DNA of 64,000 nucleotides from Acidimicrobiia bacterium (GCA_046331125.1 JAXLRL010000016.1:930-64929), one strand, 5' to 3'; counted from the first letter of the stretch, positions 20,042 to 29,907 are shown. Notes: generated by a model from the letters alone, not told the origin. A program made the numbers and translations.

Positions 20042-20068
20042 GAGGCGCTTCCTTCCTCCGATCGTCGG

Positions 20069-20412
20069 CTCCGCCTCCTCCGTCCCTCGGATTCCACCGG
20101 GGAGACCCCGGCGCAATCCGGTACGCCGGACCTGCGAGTGACTGATCCGCTCACTCCGTACCAGCGGATGACGGCGGGGATCCGGTACGCCCGACGTGCG
20201 AGTGACCGTCCGCCTCCTCCATCCCTCGGATTGCACCGGGGAGACCCCGGCGCAATCCGGTACGCCGGACTGCGAGTGACTGATCCGTTCGTTCCTTTTC
20301 ACCCTCGCTCACCCGTCCGCTCCGTACCAGCGGATCGCACCGGGGAGACCCCGGCGCAATCCGGTACGCCGGGCCTGCGAGTGAATGTCCCCGCCCCCTC
20401 CGTCCCTGCGGA
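20069..20412. repeat. Nested, tandem-like repeat array
   Basis: The core CACCGGGGAGACCCCGGCGCAATCCGGTACGCCGG.CTGCGAGTGA occurs at 20095-20149, 20234-20287 and 20338-20384, with a partial copy at 20176-20206. The flank GTCCGCCTCCTCC(G/A)TCCCTCGGATT occurs at 20069-93 and 20208-32, with a degenerate copy at 20387-20412. Confidence 0.75.
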
Positions 20413-20531
20413 GCCGTATTCCGCCTGTTTGCCTCGCTCGCATCATCCGGGCGGTCGACGGTGGCGAACAGATGGAGAACACTGGCCCGGCCGGATCACC
20501 GGCGGACTCACCAGGGAGAGCGGGGGACACC

Positions 20532-21110
20532 ATGGCCAACGACACGATCAGCACCATGACGGGCGTCATCGAGGAGACCCGACGGGTCGTCAACGGCATC
20601 GACGAGTCGCAGCTCGGCGCGCCGACCCCGTGCGCGGAGTGGTCCGTGCGCGACGTGCTCAACCACGTCACCGCCGGGGCGAAGATGTTCACCATCTCGG
20701 TGCGCGAGGGCTCGATCCCCGACGACCAGCTGGGTGAGCTGATGACCGGCGACAACGTCGGCCCCGACTTCAAGGCGTCCTTCGGTGCCGCGGCCGACGA
20801 CGCCGAGGCGGCGTTCGCGGCGCCGGGCGTGCTCGACCGCGTCGTGAAGCTGCCGTTCGGCGAGATGCCGGCCGGCATCGCGCTGAACATCGCGATCTTC
20901 GACCTCACCACGCACGCGTGGGACCTCGCGAAGGCGACCGGACAGAGCACTGCGCTCGATCCCGACGTGCTCGCGGCCGCCTACGGCGCGGCGCAGGGGA
21001 TGCTCAACGACGACATGCGCGCGATGGGCATGTTCGGTCCCGAGGTCACCGTTGCGGCCGACGCGCCGCTCCAGGACCGACTCGCCGCGCTCGCGGGGCG
21101 TCAGCCCTGA
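20532..21110 (+). CDS. TIGR03086/DinB-like (mycothiol maleylpyruvate isomerase N-terminal domain) protein
   Basis: MANDTISTMTGVIEETRRVVNGIDESQLGAPTPCAEWSVRDVLNHV. ATG 20532 after GGGAGAGCGGGGGA. Upstream in-frame starts (20385, 20472) lie inside the repeats. Confidence 0.7.
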   Translation: MANDTISTMTGVIEETRRVVNGIDESQLGAPTPCAEWSVRDVLNHVTAGAKMFTISVREGSIPDDQLGELMTGDNVGPDFKASFGAAADDAEAAFAAPGVLDRVVKLPFGEMPAGIALNIAIFDLTTHAWDLAKATGQSTALDPDVLAAAYGAAQGMLNDDMRAMGMFGPEVTVAADAPLQDRLAALAGRQP

Positions 21111-21122
21111 CGCGACGCGGGC

Positions 21123-22259
21123 TCAGCCGAGTGCGTCGCCGAGCGTGACGCTCGGCCTCCCGAGGGCTTCGGCGACGACGGGATTCACCACGTGCCCGCC
21201 GGCGGTGTTCACGCCACCGGCGAGCTCGGGTTCCGCGTCGATCGCACCCCGCACACCACGCGTCGCGAGCGCGACCGCGTAGGGGAGCGTCGCGTTGGTG
21301 AGCGCGTAGGTGGAGGTGTGCGGCACCGCGCCGGGAATGTTGCCCACCGCGTAGTGCAACACGCCGTGGCGCTCGTACACCGGCTCGGCGTGGGTGGTCT
21401 CGTGGATGCCCTCGATGCAGCCGCCCTGGTCGATGGCGACGTCGACCACGACCGCCCCCGGACGCATGCCCGCGACCATCGCGTCGGTCACCACGACCGG
21501 GGCACGACCGCCCGGCACCAGAACCGCACCGATCACCAGATCGGCCTCCGCCACCGCGCGTTCGACCGCGAGCCGGTTGCTCGCCAGCGTCATGATGCGC
21601 CCCTGGTGGATCTGGTCGACCCAGCGCAGCCGGTCGATGTTCTTGTCGAGCAGGAGCACCTCGGCCTCCATGCCCTGCGCGATCCACGCCGCGTTCCACC
21701 CGACGTTGCCTGCGCCGAGCACCACGACGCGCGCGGGTCGGACGCCGGGCGCGCCGCCGAGCAGCACACCGCGCCCGCCGTGCTCACGTTCGAGGAAGTG
21801 CGAGCCCACCTGGGGCGCCATGCGCCCGGCCACCTCGCTCATCGGCGCGAGCAGCGGCAGCGCACCCGACTCCAATTGCACCGTCTCGTACGCGACCCCG
21901 GTGACACCGCGGGCGAGCAGCTCGTCGGCGACCTCGGGGTACGCCGCGAGGTGGAGGTAGGTGAACAGCACGAGCCCCGGTCGCAGCCGTTCGAACTCGG
22001 CGGCCTGCGGTTCCTTCACCTTCATCACGAGGTCGGCGCGGTCCCACGTGTCGTCGGCGCTCGCGACGATCTCGGCCCCCGCGCCGGCGAAGTCGGCGTC
22101 GGCGATCGACGAACCGGCACCGGCGTCGTGCTCCACCAAGACGGTGACGCCGTGACCGACCAGTTCGTGCACGCCGTCGGGCGTGATGGCGACGCGGTGC
22201 TCGCCGAGCTTCGTCTCGCGCGGGACACCGACCACCAGGGGAGTGCCGGGGACGCTCAT
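21123..22259 (-). CDS. ald: Alanine dehydrogenase
   Basis: MSVPGTPLVVGVPRETKLGEHRVAITP...VVVLGAGNVGWNAA...HYAVGNIPGAVP. 378 aa. Confidence 0.9.
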   Translation of the reverse strand: MSVPGTPLVVGVPRETKLGEHRVAITPDGVHELVGHGVTVLVEHDAGAGSSIADADFAGAGAEIVASADDTWDRADLVMKVKEPQAAEFERLRPGLVLFTYLHLAAYPEVADELLARGVTGVAYETVQLESGALPLLAPMSEVAGRMAPQVGSHFLEREHGGRGVLLGGAPGVRPARVVVLGAGNVGWNAAWIAQGMEAEVLLLDKNIDRLRWVDQIHQGRIMTLASNRLAVERAVAEADLVIGAVLVPGGRAPVVVTDAMVAGMRPGAVVVDVAIDQGGCIEGIHETTHAEPVYERHGVLHYAVGNIPGAVPHTSTYALTNATLPYAVALATRGVRGAIDAEPELAGGVNTAGGHVVNPVVAEALGRPSVTLGDALG

Positions 22260-23641
22260 CCGCCGAGCATAGGGACCGGCTCCGGGGGTGCCGCGCTGGC
22301 GCGGCGGAGGCGCCGTGCGGCCTCGACGGTGAGACCGACGAGCGCAACGGTGGCGAACGCCACGGTCGCGCCCGAGCCCACCCACGCGACCGTGTCGCCG
22401 AGCGACGACGGCAGCCCGCGCGCCGACTGGTAGGCGAGCAACAGCAGGCTCGACCACACGATCAGGACCCGGCTCACCCCCGCGTGGTGCCGCCAGGCGA
22501 GCAGGGGAAGCACCCACATCACGTACGACGCCAGCACGTACGACCCGGCGAGCAGGAACGCCGCGATCGCGGCGACCACCACGAGTTCCGGCGTCGGGTC
22601 GGCGAGCCGTGACAGCACCCAGACCAGTGCGAGCACGGCGATGGCGCACAACGCGAAGGGGCCGACCCAGGCCAGGATGCGGCGCACCGGCTCGGCGGGC
22701 TCGCTGCCGAGGAGATGGTCGATCCCGTCGCGGCGTGCCACCTGCCACACCGACGCACGACTCAGGCGGTCCGATGCCGTTGCCAGGGGTCGCAACGCGG
22801 TCACACCACCGGCGAGCGCATAGGGCACCGCGAGCAGTGCGGCCCCGAGGGCCACTGCCCGCGCCGCGACGCGACGTCCGCCGTGCACCGCGAGCCAAAG
22901 GATCAGGGCACCGAGCGCGAGCACGGCGACGATCTTCACGAGCGCCGCTACGGCCAGCACCGCCACTGCGATCATCGGGCGTCGCCGTCTGACGAGGAGC
23001 ACGGCCCCGAGCACCGCCAGCCCGACGAGCGCGTCGTTCCGGCCCGGGTTCACGATCTCCATCGCGACCACCGGGTTCGCGCCGACCACGAGCACCGCGA
23101 GGGGATCCCTGGTCTCGCGGGCGACGAGCCAGGTCGCGAGCAGGACGGCGGCGGCCGCCAACAACTGGAAGGCGAGTCGGGTCGCCAGCCGGTCGGCGCC
23201 GGTCAGCCCGGTGATAGCCGCCGAGACCCACGTGAACACCGGCCCGTACACCGACCGCGTGGCGCGCCACCCGCTCCCCACGAGGTGGAGGAAGGCGTCG
23301 TGGGGGTAGTGCGCCGGTGAGTGCACGTACGGGCTCGATCCGTACTGCGAAACGATCCGGCCGTCCATCGCGTACGACCACAGATCGTGCGACTCGTTGG
23401 ACGGCAACGCGACCGCACCGCCGGTGAGGACGAGCGACGCGAAGAGCGCCGCGCGCAGCGTGAGCGCAGCACGGAGCGCGGGCACGAGTGCCACCAGGAA
23501 GAGTGGCGCGAGCGCGGTCACCACGAGCGCCGCGCGCACCAGGGGCGGATCGCCGAACCCACCGGCGACCGCAACGAGCACCGCGCTGATCGAGATGCCG
23601 AGCCCGGCAACGGTGACCCGGTGCGCGGTGGACGGCGTCAC
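22256..23641 (-). CDS. Polytopic membrane protein, GT-C/DUF2029 (GT87-like) glycosyltransferase candidate
   Basis: 461 aa with at least 10 hydrophobic segments. GTGA and ATGA overlaps with its neighbours. Confidence 0.5.
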   Translation of the reverse strand: MTPSTAHRVTVAGLGISISAVLVAVAGGFGDPPLVRAALVVTALAPLFLVALVPALRAALTLRAALFASLVLTGGAVALPSNESHDLWSYAMDGRIVSQYGSSPYVHSPAHYPHDAFLHLVGSGWRATRSVYGPVFTWVSAAITGLTGADRLATRLAFQLLAAAAVLLATWLVARETRDPLAVLVVGANPVVAMEIVNPGRNDALVGLAVLGAVLLVRRRRPMIAVAVLAVAALVKIVAVLALGALILWLAVHGGRRVAARAVALGAALLAVPYALAGGVTALRPLATASDRLSRASVWQVARRDGIDHLLGSEPAEPVRRILAWVGPFALCAIAVLALVWVLSRLADPTPELVVVAAIAAFLLAGSYVLASYVMWVLPLLAWRHHAGVSRVLIVWSSLLLLAYQSARGLPSSLGDTVAWVGSGATVAFATVALVGLTVEAARRLRRASAAPPEPVPMLGG

Positions 23642-24303
23642 GGACGATCAGCGAGTTGCCGGTGGAGGTGTTCGGCCAGTGCGGCGGGCGAGGTCACCAC
23701 GTCGAAGCGGTCGACCACCGTGAGGTGCTCGAGGTTGCGCGCGTGCAGCCCCGCCGCGGCCGAGTCGTCGCCGAAGCGGTTCAACGCGACGACGACCGGC
23801 TTCCCCGCGAACGCCGAGGCCGACAGCCGCACTGCGTTGATCGTGCCCAGGCCGGCATCGGCCACCAGCACCACGAGATCGGGATCGAGGATGCGGGCGA
23901 GGTCGACACTGTCGCCGTCGGACGCGATGGGCGAGCGGGGCCCGCCGACGCCCTCGACCATCCCGAGGTCGGTGCCGTCGTCCCACGTGATCTCGGCGGC
24001 GAGGTCGGCGACGGTGAACGGCGGCAGCCCCAGCTCGTCGGCGGCCATGGGCGGGGCCCACGCGACGGGGTACGTGCGGTGGGGTGGGCACACGCGGTCG
24101 ACCGGCTCGCCGGGGGCGGCGGCGAGGAGGTCGGCGTCCGACGGCGGGCCGGGCTCGCCCGACTGCACCGGCTTGCGCGCGACCTGAACCCCCGCGCCGC
24201 GCAACTCCGCCGCCGTGGCCGCGCCGAACCACGTCTTGCCGATCTCGGTGGCGGTGCCGGTCACCAACACGAGCAACGCCGGGCGACGGGTCGGGTCGCT
24301 CAT
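23638..24303 (-). CDS. bioD: Dethiobiotin synthase
   Basis: LLVLVTGTATEIGKTWFGAA P-loop. 221 aa. ATGA overlap with bioF. Confidence 0.85.
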   Translation of the reverse strand: MSDPTRRPALLVLVTGTATEIGKTWFGAATAAELRGAGVQVARKPVQSGEPGPPSDADLLAAAPGEPVDRVCPPHRTYPVAWAPPMAADELGLPPFTVADLAAEITWDDGTDLGMVEGVGGPRSPIASDGDSVDLARILDPDLVVLVADAGLGTINAVRLSASAFAGKPVVVALNRFGDDSAAAGLHARNLEHLTVVDRFDVVTSPAALAEHLHRQLADRP

Positions 24304-25445
24304 GCGGGGAACAGTCGTTGCAGCGCTGCCGCGAGGTGGTCGAGCTGGTCGGGGGTGTGCGCCGCGGAGATGGCGACGCGCAGACGAGACGTTCCCGGCG
24401 GCACCGTCGGCGGGCGGATCGCGGTGACGAGGATCCCGTCGTCGAGGAGCGCGGCGGCGGCCCCCAGGGTGGCGTCCTCGCTCCCACACACGTACGGGAT
24501 GACCGGCGACGGGTGTCCGGGGCGCACGCGGTCGATGTTCGCGCGCAGGCGGGCGCGCAGCGCGGCGCCTTCGTCGGAGCGCACCACACCCACCGCGGCG
24601 AGCGCGGCGGCGGTGTCGGCCGGCGTCGACGCGGTGGTGAAGATGTAGGAGCGGGCCTGGTTGACGAGCAGGTCGGTGAACCGCGCCGGCCCGGCGACGA
24701 AGCCACCGAGCGCACCCAGCGTCTTGGAGAGCGTGCCGACCCGCAGCACGTCGGGACCGCCGACGGCCGCGTCGGCGAAGTCGGGATCGGGGCCGAGCAC
24801 CGCGTGGGCCTCGTCGACCACCAGCAGCGCGCCGTGACGCGCGCACACCGCGGCGAGGTCGTCGATCGGCGCGACGTCGCCGTCCATCGAGAACACCGAC
24901 TCGGTGACGACGAGCTTGCGCGGCGCGTCACTTGCGAGCAGGAGCCGCTCGGCGTGCGCGACGTCGCAGTGGTCGTACACCGCGAGGGGCGCGCCCGCGA
25001 GGCGTCGGCCGTCGATCAGCGACGCGTGGTTCAGCGCGTCGGACAGCACGAGCACGTCGGGGCCGGCGAACGTGGACAGCACGCCGAGGTTGGCGGCGAA
25101 GCCGGTGGAGAACAACACGGCGCGTTCGGTGCGCTTCCACTCCGCGAGGGCATGCTCGAGATCGTCGTGCACCGGACGTGAGCCCACGATGAGTCGGGCG
25201 GCGCCGGCGCCGGTGCCCCACTGGTCGATCGCGTCGTGCGCGGCGGCGACCACCGCGGGGTGGCGGGTGAGGCCGAGGTAGTCGTTCGAGGCGAACGACA
25301 CGACCGCGCGCGGCGCACCGTCGGCGAAGACCGTGCCGGCCGTGCCGCCGGCGTCGCTCGCGTCGAACGCACGCGGGGCGCGCCACTGCCCGGCCGCGCG
25401 CACCTGCGCGGCCTGCGCGTCGGCCCACGCCTGCCAGTCGGTCAC
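24300..25445 (-). CDS. bioF: 8-amino-7-oxononanoate synthase
   Basis: SNDYLGL, GSRPVHDDLE and TESVFSMDGD (PLP lysine context) in a 381-aa ORF. Confidence 0.9.
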   Translation of the reverse strand: MTDWQAWADAQAAQVRAAGQWRAPRAFDASDAGGTAGTVFADGAPRAVVSFASNDYLGLTRHPAVVAAAHDAIDQWGTGAGAARLIVGSRPVHDDLEHALAEWKRTERAVLFSTGFAANLGVLSTFAGPDVLVLSDALNHASLIDGRRLAGAPLAVYDHCDVAHAERLLLASDAPRKLVVTESVFSMDGDVAPIDDLAAVCARHGALLVVDEAHAVLGPDPDFADAAVGGPDVLRVGTLSKTLGALGGFVAGPARFTDLLVNQARSYIFTTASTPADTAAALAAVGVVRSDEGAALRARLRANIDRVRPGHPSPVIPYVCGSEDATLGAAAALLDDGILVTAIRPPTVPPGTSRLRVAISAAHTPDQLDHLAAALQRLFPA

Positions 25446-26764
25446 GACGATCCCGGGCCGGCGTCCAGCTCGGCGCCGGTGACCTCGTCGAGCGCGCCGT
25501 CGAGCGCGTGCACGATGCGGTGCAACTCCTCCGAAGTGATGGTGAGCGGGGGCATGAGCACGACGACGTCACCCAGGGGGCGCAGCAACACGCCGCGAGC
25601 CACCGTGGCCGCGCACACGCGCCGGCCCCATCGGAGTCCGTCGGTGGGTGGCGCCAGCTCGACGCCCCCCATCAACCCCTGCAATCGCACCTCGCGCACC
25701 GCCGGGCGGGGAGCGATGCGGTCGTCGAGCAGCTCCCGCAGCTCGGCGCTGCGGTCGCGCACGTTCGCGAGCACGTCCCAGGCGTCGACCAGTTCGAGGT
25801 GCCGCAGCGCGACGGCGGCGGCCAGCGCGTTCCCGGAGTAGGAGTGCCCGTGGTACAGCGTGCGCTCGCCGAGGTCGTCGCCGAGGAACGCCTCGAAGAC
25901 GCGTCCGCTCGCCACCGTCGCCGACATCGGCAGGTAGCCGCCGGTGATCCCCTTGCCCAGCACGAGCAGATCGGGGCGCAGGCCGGCCTGCTCGCACGCG
26001 AACAGCGTGCCGGTGCGACCGAAGCCGGTCGCCACCTCGTCGCAGAGCAGGAGCACGTCGTGTTCGCGACACGCGCGCCCGAGCGCGGCGAGCCCGTCGG
26101 CGTCGCCCATGAGCATCCCGCCCGCGCCCTGCACCAGCGGTTCGACCACCACCGCGGCGATCTCGTGCGCGTGCTCCTCGAGCATCTCGATCGCGCGCGT
26201 GAAGCACTGTGGATCGGTGAAGCCCGGCGCGCGCAACACGGGGAAGCGCAGCGGGTCGAACAACTCGGTACCGAAGCCGCCGTCGCCGAGCGAGAGCGCG
26301 CCGATGGTGTCGCCGTGGTACGCGTCGCCGAACGCGAGGAAGGTGGTGCGGCCCTGCACGCCGCGGTTCCACCAGTACTGGAACGCGATCTTGAGCGCCT
26401 GCTCCACCGCGGCGGCGCCGTCGGACGCGTAGAGGAAGTGGGGGTCGTCGACCGGGACCCGCGCGGCCATGGCCTCCGACAGCTCGATCACCACGCGGTT
26501 GCCGTTGCCCAGCATCGTGGAGTGCGCACCGCGGTCGAGCTGGTCGCGGATCGCGTCGTCGAGTTCGGGCACGTGGTGGCCCAGCGTGTTCACCCACAAC
26601 GACGAGATGGCGTCGAGGTAGCGGTTGCCGTCCACGTCGATCAGCTCGTGGCCCTCGGCCCGTTCCACGACGACGGGCGAGTTCTCCGCGTACGCCGACA
26701 TCTGGGTGAAGCCGTGCCACACCACCGAGGCGTCGCGCGCGACCCAGTCGTCGTGCTGCGTCAT
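25442..26764 (-). CDS. bioA: Adenosylmethionine-8-amino-7-oxononanoate aminotransferase
   Basis: 440-aa class III aminotransferase with LCDEVATGFGRTG and LGKGITGGYLP. Confidence 0.9.
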   Translation of the reverse strand: MTQHDDWVARDASVVWHGFTQMSAYAENSPVVVERAEGHELIDVDGNRYLDAISSLWVNTLGHHVPELDDAIRDQLDRGAHSTMLGNGNRVVIELSEAMAARVPVDDPHFLYASDGAAAVEQALKIAFQYWWNRGVQGRTTFLAFGDAYHGDTIGALSLGDGGFGTELFDPLRFPVLRAPGFTDPQCFTRAIEMLEEHAHEIAAVVVEPLVQGAGGMLMGDADGLAALGRACREHDVLLLCDEVATGFGRTGTLFACEQAGLRPDLLVLGKGITGGYLPMSATVASGRVFEAFLGDDLGERTLYHGHSYSGNALAAAVALRHLELVDAWDVLANVRDRSAELRELLDDRIAPRPAVREVRLQGLMGGVELAPPTDGLRWGRRVCAATVARGVLLRPLGDVVVLMPPLTITSEELHRIVHALDGALDEVTGAELDAGPGSS

Positions 26765-26767
26765 GGT

Positions 26768-27190
26768 TCAGTCGGAGACGTGCTCGGCCCCGAGGTCGCG
26801 CAGGGCGGCGCGGATCTTCTGCGCGGCGGCGTCGAGTGAACCTTCGGGCGGGTTCGGGTCGGCGTTCTTGAACGACAGCTCCGACACCGCGTCGAAGGGC
26901 ACGACGTGGATGTGGAAGTGCGGCACCTCGTCGCCCACGACCATCACCCCGACCCGGCGCGGGTTCAGCGCGGCCTGCTGGGCCCGGCCGATCGTCTGCG
27001 CGACGGTGAAGCAGTGCGCGGCGATCTCCGGGTCGAGATCGATCCAGTGGTCGACCTCCGCCACCGGCACGACCAGGGTGTGACCCGGGTGCATCGGGTT
27101 GATCGACAGGAACGCGACGCACTGCGGGTCGCGCCACACGAACACGCCCGGGATCTCGCCCTCGATGATGCGCGTGAACAGCGTCGGCAT
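26768..27190 (-). CDS. HIT-family protein
   Basis: MPTLFTRIIEGEIPG...VPHFHIHVVP histidine triad. This is the internal start of ORF 26768..27397. Confidence 0.85.
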   Translation of the reverse strand: MPTLFTRIIEGEIPGVFVWRDPQCVAFLSINPMHPGHTLVVPVAEVDHWIDLDPEIAAHCFTVAQTIGRAQQAALNPRRVGVMVVGDEVPHFHIHVVPFDAVSELSFKNADPNPPEGSLDAAAQKIRAALRDLGAEHVSD

Positions 27191-27200
27191 GGGGCGCAGG

Positions 27201-28052
27201 CTAGTGGGGGCCCGACAGGATGGAGTCGGCCTGGGCGCCCGCCCGGCGGGCTCCCACCACGATCGACGCCAGGGCGAAGAGCGCGGCGGCGACCAGCACG
27301 ATCGCGCCGCCGGCGGCGAGCGCCCACTGGCGGGCGGCGAACAGCCCGAGCACCGCGGAGAGCACTCCGAACACGACTGCCAGCACCAGGGTGCCACGGA
27401 ACGAGCGCGCGAGCAGCCGGCTCGTGGCGACCGGCAGCACCATCAGCGCCGCGACCAGGAGCACGCCGACGATGCGCATCGCCGCCACCACCGTGACCGC
27501 GGTCAGCACCGCGAGGAGCGCGTTCAGCGCGCGTGCCGGCACGCCCGCGACACGCGCGGAGTCCTCGTCGAGGACCACCGCGAACAGGGCGCGTCCCGCG
27601 AAGGCCATCGCCACCGCGATGCCCGCGCCGAGGCCGACGATCGTCCACACGTCGTTCGCGTTCGCGGTGAGGATCGAGCCGAAGAGGTAGGGCTGGAGGT
27701 TGGTGTTGGTCGCGCTGCGGCTCGCGAGCACCACGCCGGCGGCGATGCCGCCGTAGAACACGAGCGCGAGCGCGAGGTCACCGGTCGCGTTGCCGCGCGA
27801 GCGGAGGAACTCGATGAGCAGCGCGGCCGCGATGGCGACGACGAGCGCCGTCCACGTGGGGGAGGTGCCCATCAGCAACGACGCGCCGATCCCGGCGACG
27901 GCGACGTGCCCGATGCCGTCGCCGAGGAGCGACATGCCCTTCTGCACGACGAACACACCGATCAGCGGCGCGGTGGCGCCGACCACGATGCCCGCGACCA
28001 GCGCGAGCTGCAGGGAGCTGCGGTCGAACGGCCACGGGAGCGGCCACGGCAT
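27201..28052 (-). CDS. ABC-3 (ZnuB/MntB-like) metal importer permease
   Basis: MPWPLPWPFDRSSLQLALVAGIVVG..., 283 aa, multi-TM. It is intact within ORF 27201..28502. Confidence 0.8.
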   Translation of the reverse strand: MPWPLPWPFDRSSLQLALVAGIVVGATAPLIGVFVVQKGMSLLGDGIGHVAVAGIGASLLMGTSPTWTALVVAIAAALLIEFLRSRGNATGDLALALVFYGGIAAGVVLASRSATNTNLQPYLFGSILTANANDVWTIVGLGAGIAVAMAFAGRALFAVVLDEDSARVAGVPARALNALLAVLTAVTVVAAMRIVGVLLVAALMVLPVATSRLLARSFRGTLVLAVVFGVLSAVLGLFAARQWALAAGGAIVLVAAALFALASIVVGARRAGAQADSILSGPH

Positions 28053-28092
28053 CCCGGGCAGCACGCCGCCGAGGACCCGCGCGCCACGAGCG

Positions 28093-28828
28093 TCACGTGA
28101 GCTCGAGCCACAGCGGCAGGTCTTCGGTGCACCCCGAGGCTCACGCCGGTGGCCGCGCAGGTCGCCCGGCGGCCCGTCGAACACGATCGAGGCCAGTACG
28201 AGCACGTGGTCGAGGTCGCCGGCGATCGCGCTGGCTCGCGGGAGACGAGCAGGATCGCGGTGTCGTGCTCGCGCACGAGGTGCACGAGCGAGTCGTTGAA
28301 CAGGCGCTGCGGACTCCACGTCGACGCTCGGCGATCGGTTCGTCGAGCACGAGGAGACGCGGCTCGACGAGCGCCTCGCGATCAGCGCGCGCCGCTGCTG
28401 TCCGCCCGACAGCTCGTTGAGCCGCTTGTTGCATGTCGGCCAGCGCCACCGACTCGATCGCGGGTCGATCGCTGCGTGTCGGCCGGGTGGCGGCGCCACC
28501 ACCTCTGCTTCGGGAGGCGATCACCGCGACCACCCCACGGTGGCGGGCAGGTCGGGGGCGATGCGGAGCCGCTGGGGGACGTACCCCACCCCGCCACTCG
28601 CTCGCGGTTCCTCACCGGGGCCTGGCCGAAGATCTCGATGGTGCCGCTGGCGGGGCGCGGCAGGCCGAGGAGGATGCGCAGGAGGGTCGACTTGCCCGAC
28701 CCGTTCGGGCCCACGAGCGCGGCGAACTCCCCGGCCCGCACGTCGAGGTCGACGTCGGTGAGCACGGGTTCCCGCCCGTAGGCGAACGAGATCCCGCGGG
28801 CCGAGAGGGCGGGCGCCGAAGTGAGCAT
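28093..28828 (-). pseudogene. ZnuC/MntA-like ABC ATPase, many frameshifts
   Basis: GPNGSGKSTLLRILLG lies in ORF 28382..28828. GVGYVPQRLRIAPDLPATV lies in ORF 28521..29150. LSGGQQRRALIA lies in ORF 27201..28502. LLVLDEP lies in ORF 28141..28533. HLVREHDTAILLVS lies in ORF 27962..28285. The tail EDLPLWLELT-TGA ends at 28093. Confidence 0.75.
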
Positions 28829-28873
28829 GATTCTCGGCTATGGCGGCTGGGGGCTGGGAAGTGACAGCGGACC

Positions 28874-29907
28874 TCAGGCGGGGTGCGGGGGCGGGGGCCG
28901 CCGGCTTCACCGGGCGGAGCCGCCAGGCGGCAGCGATGGCGGTGCCGAGCCCCACGCCGAGCGTGACGGTCACGGAAAGGTCGGCTGAAGGCGGGGCTGA
29001 AGGAGGTGGGGAGTTGGGAGCGGGCGAGCGAGGTGATGTCGGCCAGACCGCCCGCGACACGAAGAGGAAGATGCTGGCGAGCAGCACCAGCGGCACGGCC
29101 GACCTGGCGCCCTTCCGCCGCATCCACCAGAGTGCCAGCAGCGACAACACGTGATGCCGGCGATCGAGTAGAGGCTCGAAGCCCTTCTTCCCGAAGCTCC
29201 TCCGTGCTCGCGGTGTAGAGCCCGATCACGTGGAGGGTCTCGGTCGCCACGAGCACGCCGAGCGCGACAGCGGAGCACGCGGCCCAGTGGCGGGTGCGCG
29301 ACGCCCACACCACCAGGACTGCGAAAGCACCACGGCGACCGCGACCCAGGGCCACGGCGACGGCGGCGGCACCCAGATGATGCGGCCCTGCGCCACGACG
29401 TCCTCGCCGTTCCACACCATCTTCACCTGGTAGCGGTCGATCACGCGGCGCTGCGACGGGTCGCGCTGCACGGCGGGCGGGTCCTGGGTGCCCATGTAGT
29501 GCGCGCTGTGGTCGTGCCAGCGCACGGTGTCGCCGCCGCCGATCTTCTCCCACTTCGGTGGCGCGCTTGGGTCGGCCGACCTCGGTGGTGCCTTCGCGCT
29601 GGTGAGGTCTTGCCGACTTGTTGATGTACACCGCGGGTGAGCGCACGTTCTGGAAGACGCCGCGAGGCCCGACGCGCAGGTACGGCTCGTCGTCGCCGAG
29701 GATCACGACGTCGTGCGCGGTGGTGTTGCGCACCTGCAAACGGGTCCCGAGGTCGACGACCTCCACGGTGAGCCGCACCTGCGGTGACACCGAGTCGATC
29801 GGTGAGGTAGTTGCGGTCGTGACGCCGCCCACGCCGTGGGCGGCCGCCGGGCTCGCGGTCGCGACGCTGCCGCGCTCGCGAGAGCACGACTGCGAGCAGC
29901 CGCCCAT
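28874..29907 (-). pseudogene. Unknown extracytoplasmic/membrane protein, frameshifted (3' end uncertain)
   Basis: ATG 29907 sits 6 nt after GGAGG. The pieces ..ASPAAAHGVGGVTTATTSPIDSVSPQVRLTVEVVDLG..VYINKS, KWEKIGGGDTVRWHDHSAHYMGTQDPPAV..IIWVPPPSPWPWVAVAVV and several TM-like stretches are spread over three frames. Confidence 0.4.

Noticed and set aside
20069-20412. Possible CRISPR array.
   Set aside because: The repeat spacing is irregular (139 and 104 bp), the intervening segments are themselves repeated, the copies are imperfect, and no cas genes or leader are nearby.
19783-20737. ORFs of 120 and 275 aa crossing the repeat region.
   Set aside because: Their sequence is dictated by the repeats (Pro/Arg/Gly-rich). 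They overlap the DinB-like gene out of frame and have no RBS.
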